Positions 28,052 to 37,334 of a stretch of 64,000 nt of DNA are shown here, piece after piece. The translations under genes were made by a program, and so were the position numbers. Where the stretch lies: NCBI GenBank assembly GCA_963836205.1, contig CAWIIV010000015.1, positions 32,001 through 96,000 on the forward strand, written 5' to 3'. The stretch comes from an uncultured Acidimicrobiia bacterium. GTDB lineage: Bacteria; Actinomycetota; Acidimicrobiia; Acidimicrobiales; AC-14. The number at the start of each line of letters is the position of its first letter. The stretch's first letter is position 1. The notes beneath the pieces are model-generated. The model was not told where the DNA came from and searched no databases. It saw only the letters and a program-made list of their open reading frames with translations.

Positions 28052-28870
28052 CTACGGGTTGCGGAGCAGGCTGCGCAGCTTCAGCCCGAGCCACGGCTTG
28101 CGGCCGTAGGCGAGCAGCTTGCCCTTGAGGATCGGCGGCCACTGGCCGGTGCGGCCCCACGCCACCGCCATGAAGGCGGCGGGGTCGACCGACAAATGGC
28201 AGTCGACCCGTCCGGGGGCGGCGTCGGAGACGGCCAGGTCGCCGTTGGCGAAGCGGAGGTAGGCCTCTCCCCCACCCCGGAGGGCGACGTGGTAGGTGGC
28301 GGTGACACCCTTCGCCCGCTCGTGCACCATGGCCCCGCCCAGGGCGCCCAGCACGGGGAACATGAACCCCCGCAGGACAAGGGCGGCGTGGGCCCGCTCG
28401 ACGGGCCAGGGGGCGTCGTCGGTCCGGGCCAGGTCGCCGCCGTGGACGACCAGCTCGTTGAGGGCGTGGCAGGCGATGGTGGACAGGGGGAAGTCGACAC
28501 CCTCGATCACCCATCTCCGCAAGGGATCGTCGGGGGTGTCACGCAGGACGCCGAGGAGGGCGGCCACGCTGGCGTCGACACGGGTGGCTATGGCTCCCAG
28601 GTCTCGCTCGGATTCCCCGGCGACCAGCATCGTCGTGAGGGTGGAGAGGTCCCAGATGTCGTCGGACATCGGCGACGAGCCCCGGGCGAGCGAGGTGATC
28701 AGGTCGACCGAGTGGGAGATGTGGATCGCCACATCGGTGGTGGTCCAAATGCCCAGCGCCGGCCGCTCGGGGAAGTTGATGCAGCGCACCAGGGCCGAGA
28801 CCCTCGCCCCCATGGCGGCCACCGCCCGCCGGGCCGCCACCGGGTCGACCGGCGCGATCGCTCCCATCAC
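28052..28870 (-). CDS. Mycothiol-dependent maleylpyruvate isomerase (DinB-like) family protein with SCP2-like C-terminus
   Basis: WTTTDVAIH and ELVVHGGDL metal-binding motifs. Confidence 0.75.
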   Translation of the reverse strand: MMGAIAPVDPVAARRAVAAMGARVSALVRCINFPERPALGIWTTTDVAIHISHSVDLITSLARGSSPMSDDIWDLSTLTTMLVAGESERDLGAIATRVDASVAALLGVLRDTPDDPLRRWVIEGVDFPLSTIACHALNELVVHGGDLARTDDAPWPVERAHAALVLRGFMFPVLGALGGAMVHERAKGVTATYHVALRGGGEAYLRFANGDLAVSDAAPGRVDCHLSVDPAAFMAVAWGRTGQWPPILKGKLLAYGRKPWLGLKLRSLLRNP

Positions 28871-28891
28871 GCAGGAGCGGCCGACGACACC

Positions 28892-28940
28892 GAACTGGTG
28901 ACGGAAAAGGCGCCGGGGCGACCAAAACTGTCACCGGTTC
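28892..28940. repeat. Palindromic intergenic repeat, copy 1
   Basis: GAACTGGTGAC..GTCACCGGTTC ends shared with five other copies. Confidence 0.7.
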
Positions 28941-29028
28941 GGCCGTCGAAAGGTTTGCGGACGCGGGCCATCCCCCAGAGTGTGGCTGGTGGTGGCCACC
29001 GAAGCGGTAATCCGGCGGCCGAAATCTC

Positions 29029-29223
29029 TTAGGGCCAGGCCGCCTTGAACGTGTCGTACATCGTGGGGATGACGAACAGCGCCAGCCCGAGGGGCAGCAG
29101 GGCGATGCTCGGCGCCAGGCCCCGGCGTCCCCGGGCGCCGAACTTCCACCCTTCACCTGCGGCCGCGAGGGCGAAGCAGATGAAGGCCGCCAGGTAGAAG
29201 AAGAACGCGGTCTTCGGGCTCAA
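29029..29223 (-). CDS. Small two-TM membrane protein
   Basis: Two hydrophobic helices; TTG start just after the upstream small ORF. Confidence 0.65.
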   Translation of the reverse strand: MSPKTAFFFYLAAFICFALAAAGEGWKFGARGRRGLAPSIALLPLGLALFVIPTMYDTFKAAWP

Positions 29224-29231
29224 CGCCGCCC

Positions 29232-29291
29232 CTAGGTGAGGATGAGGACGAGGATGATGATGAGGATGAGTGTTCCAAGACCGATGTACAT
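29232..29291 (-). CDS. 19-aa hydrophobic microprotein MYIGLGTLILIIILVLILT
   Basis: GGAGGT RBS, ATG at 29291, TAG at 29234-29232; absent from ORF track. Confidence 0.65.
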   Translation of the reverse strand: MYIGLGTLILIIILVLILT

Positions 29292-29376
29292 GGCACCTCC
29301 CGGCTCCGCCGGCGGTTCCGGCGCTACCTGATCACTTCCCTTACCGGCAGGGCGCGAAACTCTGGAAACCCGCAGG

Positions 29377-29994
29377 TCACCGCGGGTGATCCTGCCCCCG
29401 GCGGTGGACGGAGACGGCCCGGTGGACGGAGACGGCGTAGTCGCCGCCCCCGAACGGCCGGCGGTCCCAGGTCGCCCACCGCCCGGCCGGCTCGAGCCCG
29501 GCGTCCCGGCAGTGGCGGTCGTAGGCGTCGAGGTCGAGGCGCTCGGGTTGGAGCTGGAAGCCGGCGACGAGGTGGCCCCCGGGGCGTACGTGGCGGGCCA
29601 GGTTGGCCACCACCGCGGCCTCGGTGCCGGGGGCGAGGAAGATCATGACGTTGCCCGCGAGCACGACGACGTCGAAGTCCCGGCCCAGGTCGACGCTCGC
29701 CAGGTCGCCCTCCACCCACCGCAGATCGGGACGCTTGGCGCGCGCCCCGGCCAGCATCGACGGGTCGAGGTCGACACCCACGGCCTCGATCCCCCGCCGG
29801 GCCAGCTCGATCGCCACCCGGCCCGTCCCGCAGCCGGCGTCGAGCACCGCCGCCGGCGCCAGGCTCTCGACGAAATCGGCTTCGCCGTGGACGTTCCTGC
29901 CCTCCGCCGCCATCCGCACCCACCGCTCGTCGTAGGCCGCGCCCCGGGGCACGTCTCGGGCCAGCCATCGGTTCTCCGGCGGATGCTCGTCGAT
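29377..29994 (-). CDS. Class I SAM-dependent methyltransferase
   Basis: VLDAGCGTG, GVDLD, FDVVVLAGNV; start uncertain. Confidence 0.85.
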   Translation of the reverse strand: MDEHPPENRWLARDVPRGAAYDERWVRMAAEGRNVHGEADFVESLAPAAVLDAGCGTGRVAIELARRGIEAVGVDLDPSMLAGARAKRPDLRWVEGDLASVDLGRDFDVVVLAGNVMIFLAPGTEAAVVANLARHVRPGGHLVAGFQLQPERLDLDAYDRHCRDAGLEPAGRWATWDRRPFGGGDYAVSVHRAVSVHRRGQDHPR

Positions 29995-30144
29995 ACCGCC
30001 ACTATGGCGTGAATTTGCGCGGATTCGGGGGGTTCGCCTCACCCCTGGGATCCAGTGACAGCACCCTGTTTCGGAACGGTGCTCCTCAATAGGTTGACCT
30101 CATCGGGCCAGGGGATGTGGCCCCGAGGGGAAGGCGGGCTCGAC

Positions 30145-31464
30145 ATGAGTCTCTTCGGCGTCGACATCGATTACACCCGGGAGTCGTTCGACTTCGGGGC
30201 GTTTGCCAACCAAGGCCACCGCTTCGCGTGGATCAAGGCCACCGAGGGCCGTACCTGGCCCGACCAGGACGAGCCCGGGCTGGTGCCCGTGTTCGCCGCC
30301 ATGCGCCAGCGCATGGCCGCCGCCGGGCTCCTCTACCGGGGGATGTACCACTTCGCCCGACCCGACAACAACCCCGACCCGACGACCGAGGCGGCCCACT
30401 TCGTGGCCTACCTGGGCGGGCGGCTGGAGCCGGGTGAGGCGGTGATGCTCGACTGGGAGCCGGCCCACGTGGGCCTGGTGACCGACCCCGAGCGCTGCCA
30501 GGACTGGGTTATCGGCTGGGTCGACGCGGTCGAGGCCGCACTGCCCGCGGTCCGGGGCAAGATCGGCTTCTACGCCAACGCCGGCGAGGTGGCGCGGATC
30601 AAGACCGACCGCATCGCCGCCCGCTGCCGGCTCCACGTGGCCGCCTACGGCCCCGACGACGGGCAGCAGCACCCGGGCGCCCTCGGCCTGACCTCGTTCC
30701 CGGGACAGGTCGACCTGTGGTCGGCACCGACGTTCTGGCAGTTCACCAGCGCCGCCCGCCTCGACTTCTTCGGGATGGCCCTCGACATGAACCGCTTCGA
30801 CGGCGACGAGCAGGCGCTGCGGGCGCTGGCCGCGGAGGAGTCGTCGGGCAACGGCAACGGCGCCGCTCCGGTGGCGAGCCCCGTCCCCCCCATGATCGAG
30901 GTGCCGGCGGCCGGCGGGGCGCTCGACGGCCTGACCGTGGAGCAGGCCAAGGCCCAGATCTTGGCCTGGCAGTGGGAGGACACCGCCGCCTTCCAGCAGG
31001 GCTTCGCCTGGTTCGACATCGCGGTCGACGGCGACGTCGGCACCGAGACGGCCAAGGCGGTGGCCAAGGTGCTGGCCGAGAAGGGCAAGCTCTCGCCCCA
31101 CTTCCACATGGACGAGTTCCGGTCGACCAACAACAAGCGCATCCGCATCCACCGGGAGCTCATCCTGGCCCTGGAGAAGGCGCGGGAGAAGCTCGGCGCC
31201 CCCATCAACATCACGTCCGGCTACCGCGACCCGCAGCACCCGCTCAGCATCGGCCGCCCCGGCAGCCAACACGTCCTCGGCTGTGCCGTCGATCCCGACC
31301 CCTACCTGCCGCCCCACGTGGTGGAGGGCTGCGGGTTCTCGGGGATCGGCATGAGCGTGGTGGCCGACCCGGGCAAGGTGTCGCACGTCGACGTCCGCCA
31401 CGCCAGCCCGGTCAACCCCACGAACTCGACTCCCGGCGAGCCGGCCATCTTCGAGGACAACTGA
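30145..31464 (+). CDS. GH25 muramidase fused to M15A peptidase
   Basis: GVDI..IKATEG..YHFA..LDWE..WQFT (GH25); SPHF..EF..ITSGYR..SQHVLGCAVD..HVDVR (M15A). Confidence 0.85.
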   Translation: MSLFGVDIDYTRESFDFGAFANQGHRFAWIKATEGRTWPDQDEPGLVPVFAAMRQRMAAAGLLYRGMYHFARPDNNPDPTTEAAHFVAYLGGRLEPGEAVMLDWEPAHVGLVTDPERCQDWVIGWVDAVEAALPAVRGKIGFYANAGEVARIKTDRIAARCRLHVAAYGPDDGQQHPGALGLTSFPGQVDLWSAPTFWQFTSAARLDFFGMALDMNRFDGDEQALRALAAEESSGNGNGAAPVASPVPPMIEVPAAGGALDGLTVEQAKAQILAWQWEDTAAFQQGFAWFDIAVDGDVGTETAKAVAKVLAEKGKLSPHFHMDEFRSTNNKRIRIHRELILALEKAREKLGAPINITSGYRDPQHPLSIGRPGSQHVLGCAVDPDPYLPPHVVEGCGFSGIGMSVVADPGKVSHVDVRHASPVNPTNSTPGEPAIFEDN

Positions 31465-31468
31465 CCGC

Positions 31469-31518
31469 CAACCGGTGACGGATCCGGTGGCTCTGGCCCC
31501 CGGATCTGTCACCGGTTG
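31469..31518. repeat. Palindromic intergenic repeat, copy 2
   Basis: CAACCGGTGAC..GTCACCGGTTG. Confidence 0.75.
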
Positions 31519-31544
31519 CCTCGGCGGGCCGTACGATGGGCCCG

Positions 31545-31937
31545 ATGGCGCGGCAACCCCTGCACCGGCTGTGGCTGGCCCTGGTGGTCGTCGCGGCTGC
31601 GGTCGGGGTGGCCGGCGGCCTCCTCGCCGGAGGATCCGACCCGGGTGCGACCCGACCTCCCTCGGCCGCCCACGACCCGGCTGCGGTCAGCTTCACCCCG
31701 AGCGGGGTCGAGGCCGCGGTCGTGCCGGCCCGGACGGAGACGGCGCCCGCCGCCGGTGCCGCCCGCCACGGGTCGGGGCGGGGGCTCCTGCCGCTGGTCG
31801 CCGCCCTCGTGGGCCTGGCCGCCGCCCTCGGCACTCGGGCCCGGCTGGTCCGGCCACCGACGCCCGGTGGCCAGCCCCTCCGGGCCCGTCGCCACGCCAT
31901 CGCCCGGCGCGCCCCACCTTCGCTCCAGCTCGCCTGA
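31545..31937 (+). CDS. Membrane leader protein with C-terminal RAPP motif (putative arrest peptide)
   Basis: TACGAT -10 seven nt before ATG; two hydrophobic segments; ends RRAPPSLQLA. Confidence 0.6.
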   Translation: MARQPLHRLWLALVVVAAAVGVAGGLLAGGSDPGATRPPSAAHDPAAVSFTPSGVEAAVVPARTETAPAAGAARHGSGRGLLPLVAALVGLAAALGTRARLVRPPTPGGQPLRARRHAIARRAPPSLQLA

Positions 31938-32221
31938 CGTCACCGTCGTCGTAGCGCCGCGCCCTCCGCCGAGGGCCGGCCGGAGCTGCCCGGGCCGACC
32001 TCCCCCCGGGCCCGAGCGGCGGCGGGCGGCGGCGTGCTCGTCCCCGGCCCGCCAGGGGCGGCGGCCACCAGGGGCGTAGCGTCGGCGGCGCCCACCGCAC
32101 CCGCAAGCCCAGCCGGATCCGCAACCGCATCCGCATCCGCATCCGCAGCGACGCCGGCGCCTCGCCCCCGGGGAGCGCCGGTGAGAACCCCACCGCGACC
32201 ACGCAAGAAGCGACGGAGGAG

Positions 32222-32713
32222 ATGACCGTGTCCGAGGCAATCCACGAGCAGGAGCTTCCCGGCATCGGCAAGCGCTACGACCAGTCCACCGAGGACGGGC
32301 TGATCAGCGTGGTCATCCACCACAGCGGGCGCCGCGACCTGTACGTCACCGAGAAGGCCGGTCGAAAGCCGACGCCGACGGTGATCACCCTCACCGACGA
32401 CCAGGCCCGGCGGCTGGGCGCGGTGCTCGCCGGCGCCTACTTCCAGCCGACGGTGGCCCAGCGCATCGAGGCCGTCGTGGGCGGGCTGGTGATCGACTGG
32501 GTGACCATGCGCACCGACTCGCCCGGTGTCGAGCGCAGCATCGCCGACCTCGAGGTCCGCCGGAACACCCGCATGACCATCGTCGCCATACTGCGGGGCG
32601 ACGAGGTGATCGTGGTGCCCGAACCGTCCGAGGTGCTCCACGCCCGGGACAAGCTGGTGGTGATCGGCCGGCCCGACGACCTCCCCGCCTTCATCCGCCA
32701 CGTTGCCGGATGA
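32222..32713 (+). CDS. KhtT-like K+/H+ antiporter regulatory subunit (TrkA-C/RCK)
   Basis: ELPGIGKRY..HHSGRRDL..IVAILRG..DKLVVIG; GGAGG RBS. Confidence 0.85.
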   Translation: MTVSEAIHEQELPGIGKRYDQSTEDGLISVVIHHSGRRDLYVTEKAGRKPTPTVITLTDDQARRLGAVLAGAYFQPTVAQRIEAVVGGLVIDWVTMRTDSPGVERSIADLEVRRNTRMTIVAILRGDEVIVVPEPSEVLHARDKLVVIGRPDDLPAFIRHVAG

Positions 32714-32766
32714 GGGGGCCGAGATGGGCGGGGCCGAGATGAGCCCGCCGAGATGAGCCCGCCGGC

Positions 32767-34029
32767 ATGATCCTCGCCGCCGCGCCGGAGGTCGGGCGGG
32801 AGCTGGTCGCGCTCGGCGGCGCCCTGCTGGTGGCGGCCGCCCTGGCTCGCGCCGGGCGTCGCATCCGCCTGCCGACGATCCCCCTGTTCATGGCCGCCGG
32901 CATCCTGTCCGGACCCCACACCCCGGGGCCGGTGCTCTTCCGCGACCCGGCCGACGTGGGCCTGCTGGCCACCATCGGGCTGGTCCTGCTCCTCTTCCAT
33001 CTGGGCCTGGAGTTTTCTGTCGACGACCTGGCCGCGGGCGGGCGCAAGCTCGCGCTCGCCGGCGCCTTCTACCTGTTCCTCAACGTCGGCCTCGGCCTTC
33101 TCCTCGGCACCGCCTTGGGCTGGGGCGGGCGGGAGACGCTCGTCATCGCCGGCATCGTCGGGATCTCGTCGTCGGCCATCGTCACCAAGCTGCTCGTCGA
33201 GCTGCGGCGGCTGGCCAACCGGGAGACGGGCATGCTCCTCGGGATCATCGTGGTGGAGGACGTCTTCCTCGCCCTCTACCTCGCCCTCCTCCAGCCGGTG
33301 CTGGGCGACAGCCCGGGCGGCCTCGACGCCGTCCTCACCGTCGGACGGGCCCTGCTGTTCCTGCTCCTCATGTTCGCCGTCGCCCGCTGGGGACGGGGCC
33401 CGGTCGGACGCCTCCTGTCCACCCGCGACGACGAGCTGCTCACGGTGTGCTTCGTGGGCTTCGCCATCCTGGTCGCGGGGGTGGCCGCCAACGTGGGGGT
33501 GTCGGAGGCGATCGGCGCCTTCCTGGCCGGCCAGATCGTGGCCGGGACGGTGGTGGCCCAGCGGATCGAGCACCTGGTCCTGCCCATCCGCGACCTGCTG
33601 GCGGCCATCTTCTTCTTCGCCTTCGGGCTGTCGGTCGACCCCGCCGCCCTGGCCGACGTCGCCCTCCCGGTGGCGGCGGCGGTGGCGGTCACCATCTTCG
33701 GCAACCTGGTGGCGGGCATCGTGGCCGCCCGCCTGCAACGCTTCGGACCCCTCGAGGCGGCCAACATCGGCCTGAGCGTCCTGGCCCGGGGCGAGTTCTC
33801 GCTGATCCTGGCCAGCCTGGCCGTCGTGGCCGGCCTCGACGGCCGCCTCGGGCCCTTCGCCGCCGCTTACGTGCTCGTCCTCGCCATCGCCGGACCCCTG
33901 GCCGCGTCCCGGTCCGACGTGCTCGCCCGCCTTCTCCCCCGCCGTCTGTTTACCCGCCGGGTAGGTTCGGACGAAGGGAGTCCCCCACATCTCGTCCCGC
34001 CTGCCCCCACCGGAGGAGCGATCCCATGA
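32767..34029 (+). CDS. CPA2 cation:proton antiporter (KhtU-like)
   Basis: LFHLGLEF, ISSSAIVTK, VEDV, ARGEFS. Confidence 0.9.
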   Translation: MILAAAPEVGRELVALGGALLVAAALARAGRRIRLPTIPLFMAAGILSGPHTPGPVLFRDPADVGLLATIGLVLLLFHLGLEFSVDDLAAGGRKLALAGAFYLFLNVGLGLLLGTALGWGGRETLVIAGIVGISSSAIVTKLLVELRRLANRETGMLLGIIVVEDVFLALYLALLQPVLGDSPGGLDAVLTVGRALLFLLLMFAVARWGRGPVGRLLSTRDDELLTVCFVGFAILVAGVAANVGVSEAIGAFLAGQIVAGTVVAQRIEHLVLPIRDLLAAIFFFAFGLSVDPAALADVALPVAAAVAVTIFGNLVAGIVAARLQRFGPLEAANIGLSVLARGEFSLILASLAVVAGLDGRLGPFAAAYVLVLAIAGPLAASRSDVLARLLPRRLFTRRVGSDEGSPPHLVPPAPTGGAIP

Positions 34030-34454
34030 CCCCCCGAACCCGGACCGAGCCCCGTTCGACCCCACTCCGCAGCCCGCACCAGGCGGTGGGGCTGTTCCTG
34101 GGGACGGCCGTGCTGGCCGTGCTCATCGTGGCGCCGGCCCTGGCCCCGGCCAGCTTCGTGCCGGCCCTCACCATCGACAACGCCACGCCGTTCGACGTCA
34201 ACGTCGACGTCACCGCAGGCGCGGGCGAGGGGTGGTTCCACCTGGGAACCATCGAGCGGGAGGCGGAGAACGTCCTCGAGGAGGTCACCGATCCCGGCCC
34301 CACGTGGGTGTTCCGCTTCACCTACGGCGGTATCGAAGGGGGCGAGCTGGCGATGGCGCGGTCGGACCTGCGGGAGGCGGGGTGGTACTTGGCCGTCCCC
34401 ATCGAGGTCGGCCAGGCGCTGACCGCGGCCGGCTTCGTGCCTTCCGCCAGCTGA
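34026..34454 (+). CDS. Exported hypothetical protein
   Basis: ATGA-coupled to antiporter; N-terminal TM segment. Confidence 0.65.
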   Translation: MTPRTRTEPRSTPLRSPHQAVGLFLGTAVLAVLIVAPALAPASFVPALTIDNATPFDVNVDVTAGAGEGWFHLGTIEREAENVLEEVTDPGPTWVFRFTYGGIEGGELAMARSDLREAGWYLAVPIEVGQALTAAGFVPSAS

Positions 34455-34467
34455 GCCCAGGCCCCGG

Positions 34468-35943
34468 TCACGCCGCCGCGTCGGGCGCGTCCCGGCTGGC
34501 CAGGCAGGGGTCGTGGCAGGGCTGGAGCATGCTCGGTTGGGACGATTCCCGCACCGTGGCCCCGCCCCGGATGGTGACGAAGGCCACCAGTCCCCCGGCC
34601 ATGGAAAGGGCGCTGCCGGCGATGAGCGCCTGGCGGACGCCATCGGCGATGGTGTCCGCCCCCGCGGTGAGGTCGAGGCCGACGGCGGCGGGCAGGACGG
34701 CGACGGCCAGCAGTCCCGCCACCCGCGCCACCGCGTTGTTCACGCCCGAGGCCACGCCCATGCGGGTGTCGTCGACCGCGGCCAGCACCGCCGAGGTGAG
34801 GGGGGCGACGGTGGTCGACAGGCCCAGCCCGAACACCGCCACCGCCGGGAGGACGTCGGTGAGGTAGCCGTCGCCCGGCCCCACCCGGGAGAGCAGGGCC
34901 AGCCCCGCGGCCACGACGACGGGGCCGACCGTCATCGGGGTCCGGGGCCCGATGCGCTGGGCCAGCGCCCCCATGCGGGACGAGAGCAGGAGCATGATCA
35001 TGGTCACCGGCAGCATCGACGCCCCCGCCTCCAGGGCCGAGTAGCCGAGCGCGAGCTGGAGTTCGAGGACCAGGAGGAACATCGTCCCGCCCAGGGCGGC
35101 GTAGATGGCCAGGGTGGTGAGGTTGGCCCCGGTGAACTGCCGCGACCGGAAGATGTCGAGCGGCAACATCGGCCGCCGGCTGCTCCGCTCGATGAGGACG
35201 AACGCGATCAGGGCGGCCACTCCCAACCCCGCGGCGGCGGCCTCCACCGGGCCGAACCCGCCCGCCCCCTCGATGAGGGCGAAGGAGACGGCGGCCAATC
35301 CCACGGAGATGGTGACCGCCCCGGCCACGTCGGGTGGGGCGTGGGACGGTTGAGGCCGGGGCTCGGGCACGTGCCGCAGGGTGATGAGGCCGGCGGCGGC
35401 GGCCAGGGGCAGGTTGATGACGAAGATCAGCCGCCACGACACGGACTCCACCAGCCAGCCCCCGAGGAAGGGTCCGATGGCGGAGGAGGCGCCGGCCAGG
35501 GCCGACCACGCCCCGATGGCCCGGGCCCGGTCGTCGGCGTGGAAGGTGGAGGAGAGGATGGCCAGGCTGCCGGGGACGAGCATGGCCGCGCCCACCCCCT
35601 GGACGGCCCGGGCGGCCACCAGGGTGGCGGTGTTGGGCGCGAGCCCGCACAGGAGGGAGGCCGCGGTGAAGGCGACCATGCCCTGCAGGTAGACCCGCCG
35701 CCGCCCGTACTGGTCGCCCAGGGACCCACCGAGGAGGAGCAGGCTCGACATGGTGACGAGGTAGGCGTTGAGGGTCCACTGGAGCCCGGAGAGGCCGGCG
35801 CCGAGATCCTCGCCGATCGCGGGCAGGGCCACGTTGACGACGGTGCCGTCGAGGAACGCCAACCCCGAGCCGAGCACGGTGGCGGCGATGACCCACCGGC
35901 CGGTGGAGCTCCCGAAACGGACGTCAGGCCGCGTGGTCGCCAT
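34468..35943 (-). CDS. DHA2 family MFS transporter
   Basis: DGTVVNVALP, GSLGDQYGRRR, WRLIFVINLP. Confidence 0.9.
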   Translation of the reverse strand: MATTRPDVRFGSSTGRWVIAATVLGSGLAFLDGTVVNVALPAIGEDLGAGLSGLQWTLNAYLVTMSSLLLLGGSLGDQYGRRRVYLQGMVAFTAASLLCGLAPNTATLVAARAVQGVGAAMLVPGSLAILSSTFHADDRARAIGAWSALAGASSAIGPFLGGWLVESVSWRLIFVINLPLAAAAGLITLRHVPEPRPQPSHAPPDVAGAVTISVGLAAVSFALIEGAGGFGPVEAAAAGLGVAALIAFVLIERSSRRPMLPLDIFRSRQFTGANLTTLAIYAALGGTMFLLVLELQLALGYSALEAGASMLPVTMIMLLLSSRMGALAQRIGPRTPMTVGPVVVAAGLALLSRVGPGDGYLTDVLPAVAVFGLGLSTTVAPLTSAVLAAVDDTRMGVASGVNNAVARVAGLLAVAVLPAAVGLDLTAGADTIADGVRQALIAGSALSMAGGLVAFVTIRGGATVRESSQPSMLQPCHDPCLASRDAPDAAA

Positions 35944-35961
35944 GCGTCGGCCCAGGGCGGG

Positions 35962-36798
35962 TCAGCCGAAGCCCCGGTTGTCCTGCTTGAGGGCGGTGTC
36001 GACGCTCAGGGCGGAGGCCACCACCAGGCTGCGCAGGGGCTCGTCGAGCAGGCGCTTGATCTGCACGACGTAGTTGTCGGCGGTGGTGAACATGGTCTTG
36101 GCCAAGCCTTCCCACGTCTTGGTGATGCGGGCGATCTCCTGGCCCTGCGCGTCCTGGATGTTGAAGTTCCAGGCCCGCCAGTTCTCGGCGTTGATCGACC
36201 CCAGCTTGCGCCCGCCCGCCTCCAGGCCGAAGCGGATCTTGCCCACCATGTTCTCCTGGACGATCTGGCCGATCTCGTGGCCCGACCCGTCCTCGACCAC
36301 GATGCGGGACTTGACCAGCTTGGCCGGCCGGGTGAGGGCGAGCACCGGCATGCCCGACATGTCGACGATCTGCAGCTTGTGGGTCATGAACTGGTCGAGC
36401 GAGCTGACCAGGCGCAACACCTTCTTGGCCGTGCTCTGCCCCACCTGGCGGACGGCTCCCACCTGGTTGCCGTTCTGGTCGAAGATGGCGTACTCGTTGT
36501 TAAGCTCGATGAGCTTGGCCTTCTGGTTCACCACCAGGACGGGCTCGGTGAACAGGGTGCCGCCGCCGATGCCGGGGGCACCGGTGTCGGCCTTGGCCTT
36601 GGCCACGTCGGACTGGATCTTCTCCGTCGCCCGGTTCACGGTGGGAACCTTGGACTCGCCGCCCGGGGGGTCGACCGACTGGCGCCCGTGCGACGCCACG
36701 TGCTCGGTCCACCGGGTGCCGTCGAAGTACCGCATCTCGTGCCGCCCGTAAGGGTCGGGATACCAGTCCGGGCCCTGCCGTCCACCGTTCCCGCTCAT
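35962..36798 (-). CDS. DUF2510 plus scramblase/LURP-one family protein
   Basis: WYPDP..RYFDGTRWT; VVNQKAKLIE..WRAWNF. Confidence 0.85.
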   Translation of the reverse strand: MSGNGGRQGPDWYPDPYGRHEMRYFDGTRWTEHVASHGRQSVDPPGGESKVPTVNRATEKIQSDVAKAKADTGAPGIGGGTLFTEPVLVVNQKAKLIELNNEYAIFDQNGNQVGAVRQVGQSTAKKVLRLVSSLDQFMTHKLQIVDMSGMPVLALTRPAKLVKSRIVVEDGSGHEIGQIVQENMVGKIRFGLEAGGRKLGSINAENWRAWNFNIQDAQGQEIARITKTWEGLAKTMFTTADNYVVQIKRLLDEPLRSLVVASALSVDTALKQDNRGFG

Positions 36799-36821
36799 GG
36801 GAGAACGGTACCGCGGCCCGG

Positions 36822-37244
36822 TCAGGCGACGACCAGCGCCCCCTGCATGTTGCTCGAGGCCTGGTGGAACTTGCAGTAGTAGGGGACGGTGCCGGCCTCT
36901 GTGGGCGCGGTGATCGTGACTTCCATCCGCTGCTCGGGGCTGAGGGTGACGTTGACGGCCAGGCTGTCGATGGTGAAGGTGTGCGGCGAGCCGCCCTCGT
37001 TGAACAGCTCCAACCTGAACGCCTGTCCGGGGGTGGCGGCGATCACCGTGGGGCCGAAGTAGAAGTCGTCGAGCTCGACCTCCATCCCGTCCTTGGCCTC
37101 GGCGGTGCCGTGGTCAGGCGTGCCCGCAGGGAGAACCGACGACGACGCGGTGGTGGCGGTGGTGGCCGAGTCGCTGTCTTCGTCGTCGCCGCACCCGGCG
37201 GTCAGCAACACCGCAACGACCAGGAGGATCACGAGTTTGCGCAT
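36822..37244 (-). CDS. Cupredoxin-domain lipoprotein
   Basis: Lipobox LTAGC; PHTF..YYCKFH..M copper ligands; AAGGAG RBS. Confidence 0.85.
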   Translation of the reverse strand: MRKLVILLVVAVLLTAGCGDDEDSDSATTATTASSSVLPAGTPDHGTAEAKDGMEVELDDFYFGPTVIAATPGQAFRLELFNEGGSPHTFTIDSLAVNVTLSPEQRMEVTITAPTEAGTVPYYCKFHQASSNMQGALVVA

Positions 37245-37334
37245 GTCGCTCCTTACGTGCGGCTCGGACCGGAGGGATTGGGCGGTCCCCGATGGCGATC
37301 CCTTCGGGCCCCCCGGCCGTAGCATTGCATCGAC

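Noticed and set aside
30145-31464. Prophage
   Set aside because: No integrase, terminase, structural genes or att-like repeats nearby
31940-32220. c-di-AMP (ydaO) riboswitch before the K+ antiporter
   Set aside because: Could not recognise the conserved motifs by eye; an Rfam/Infernal scan would decide
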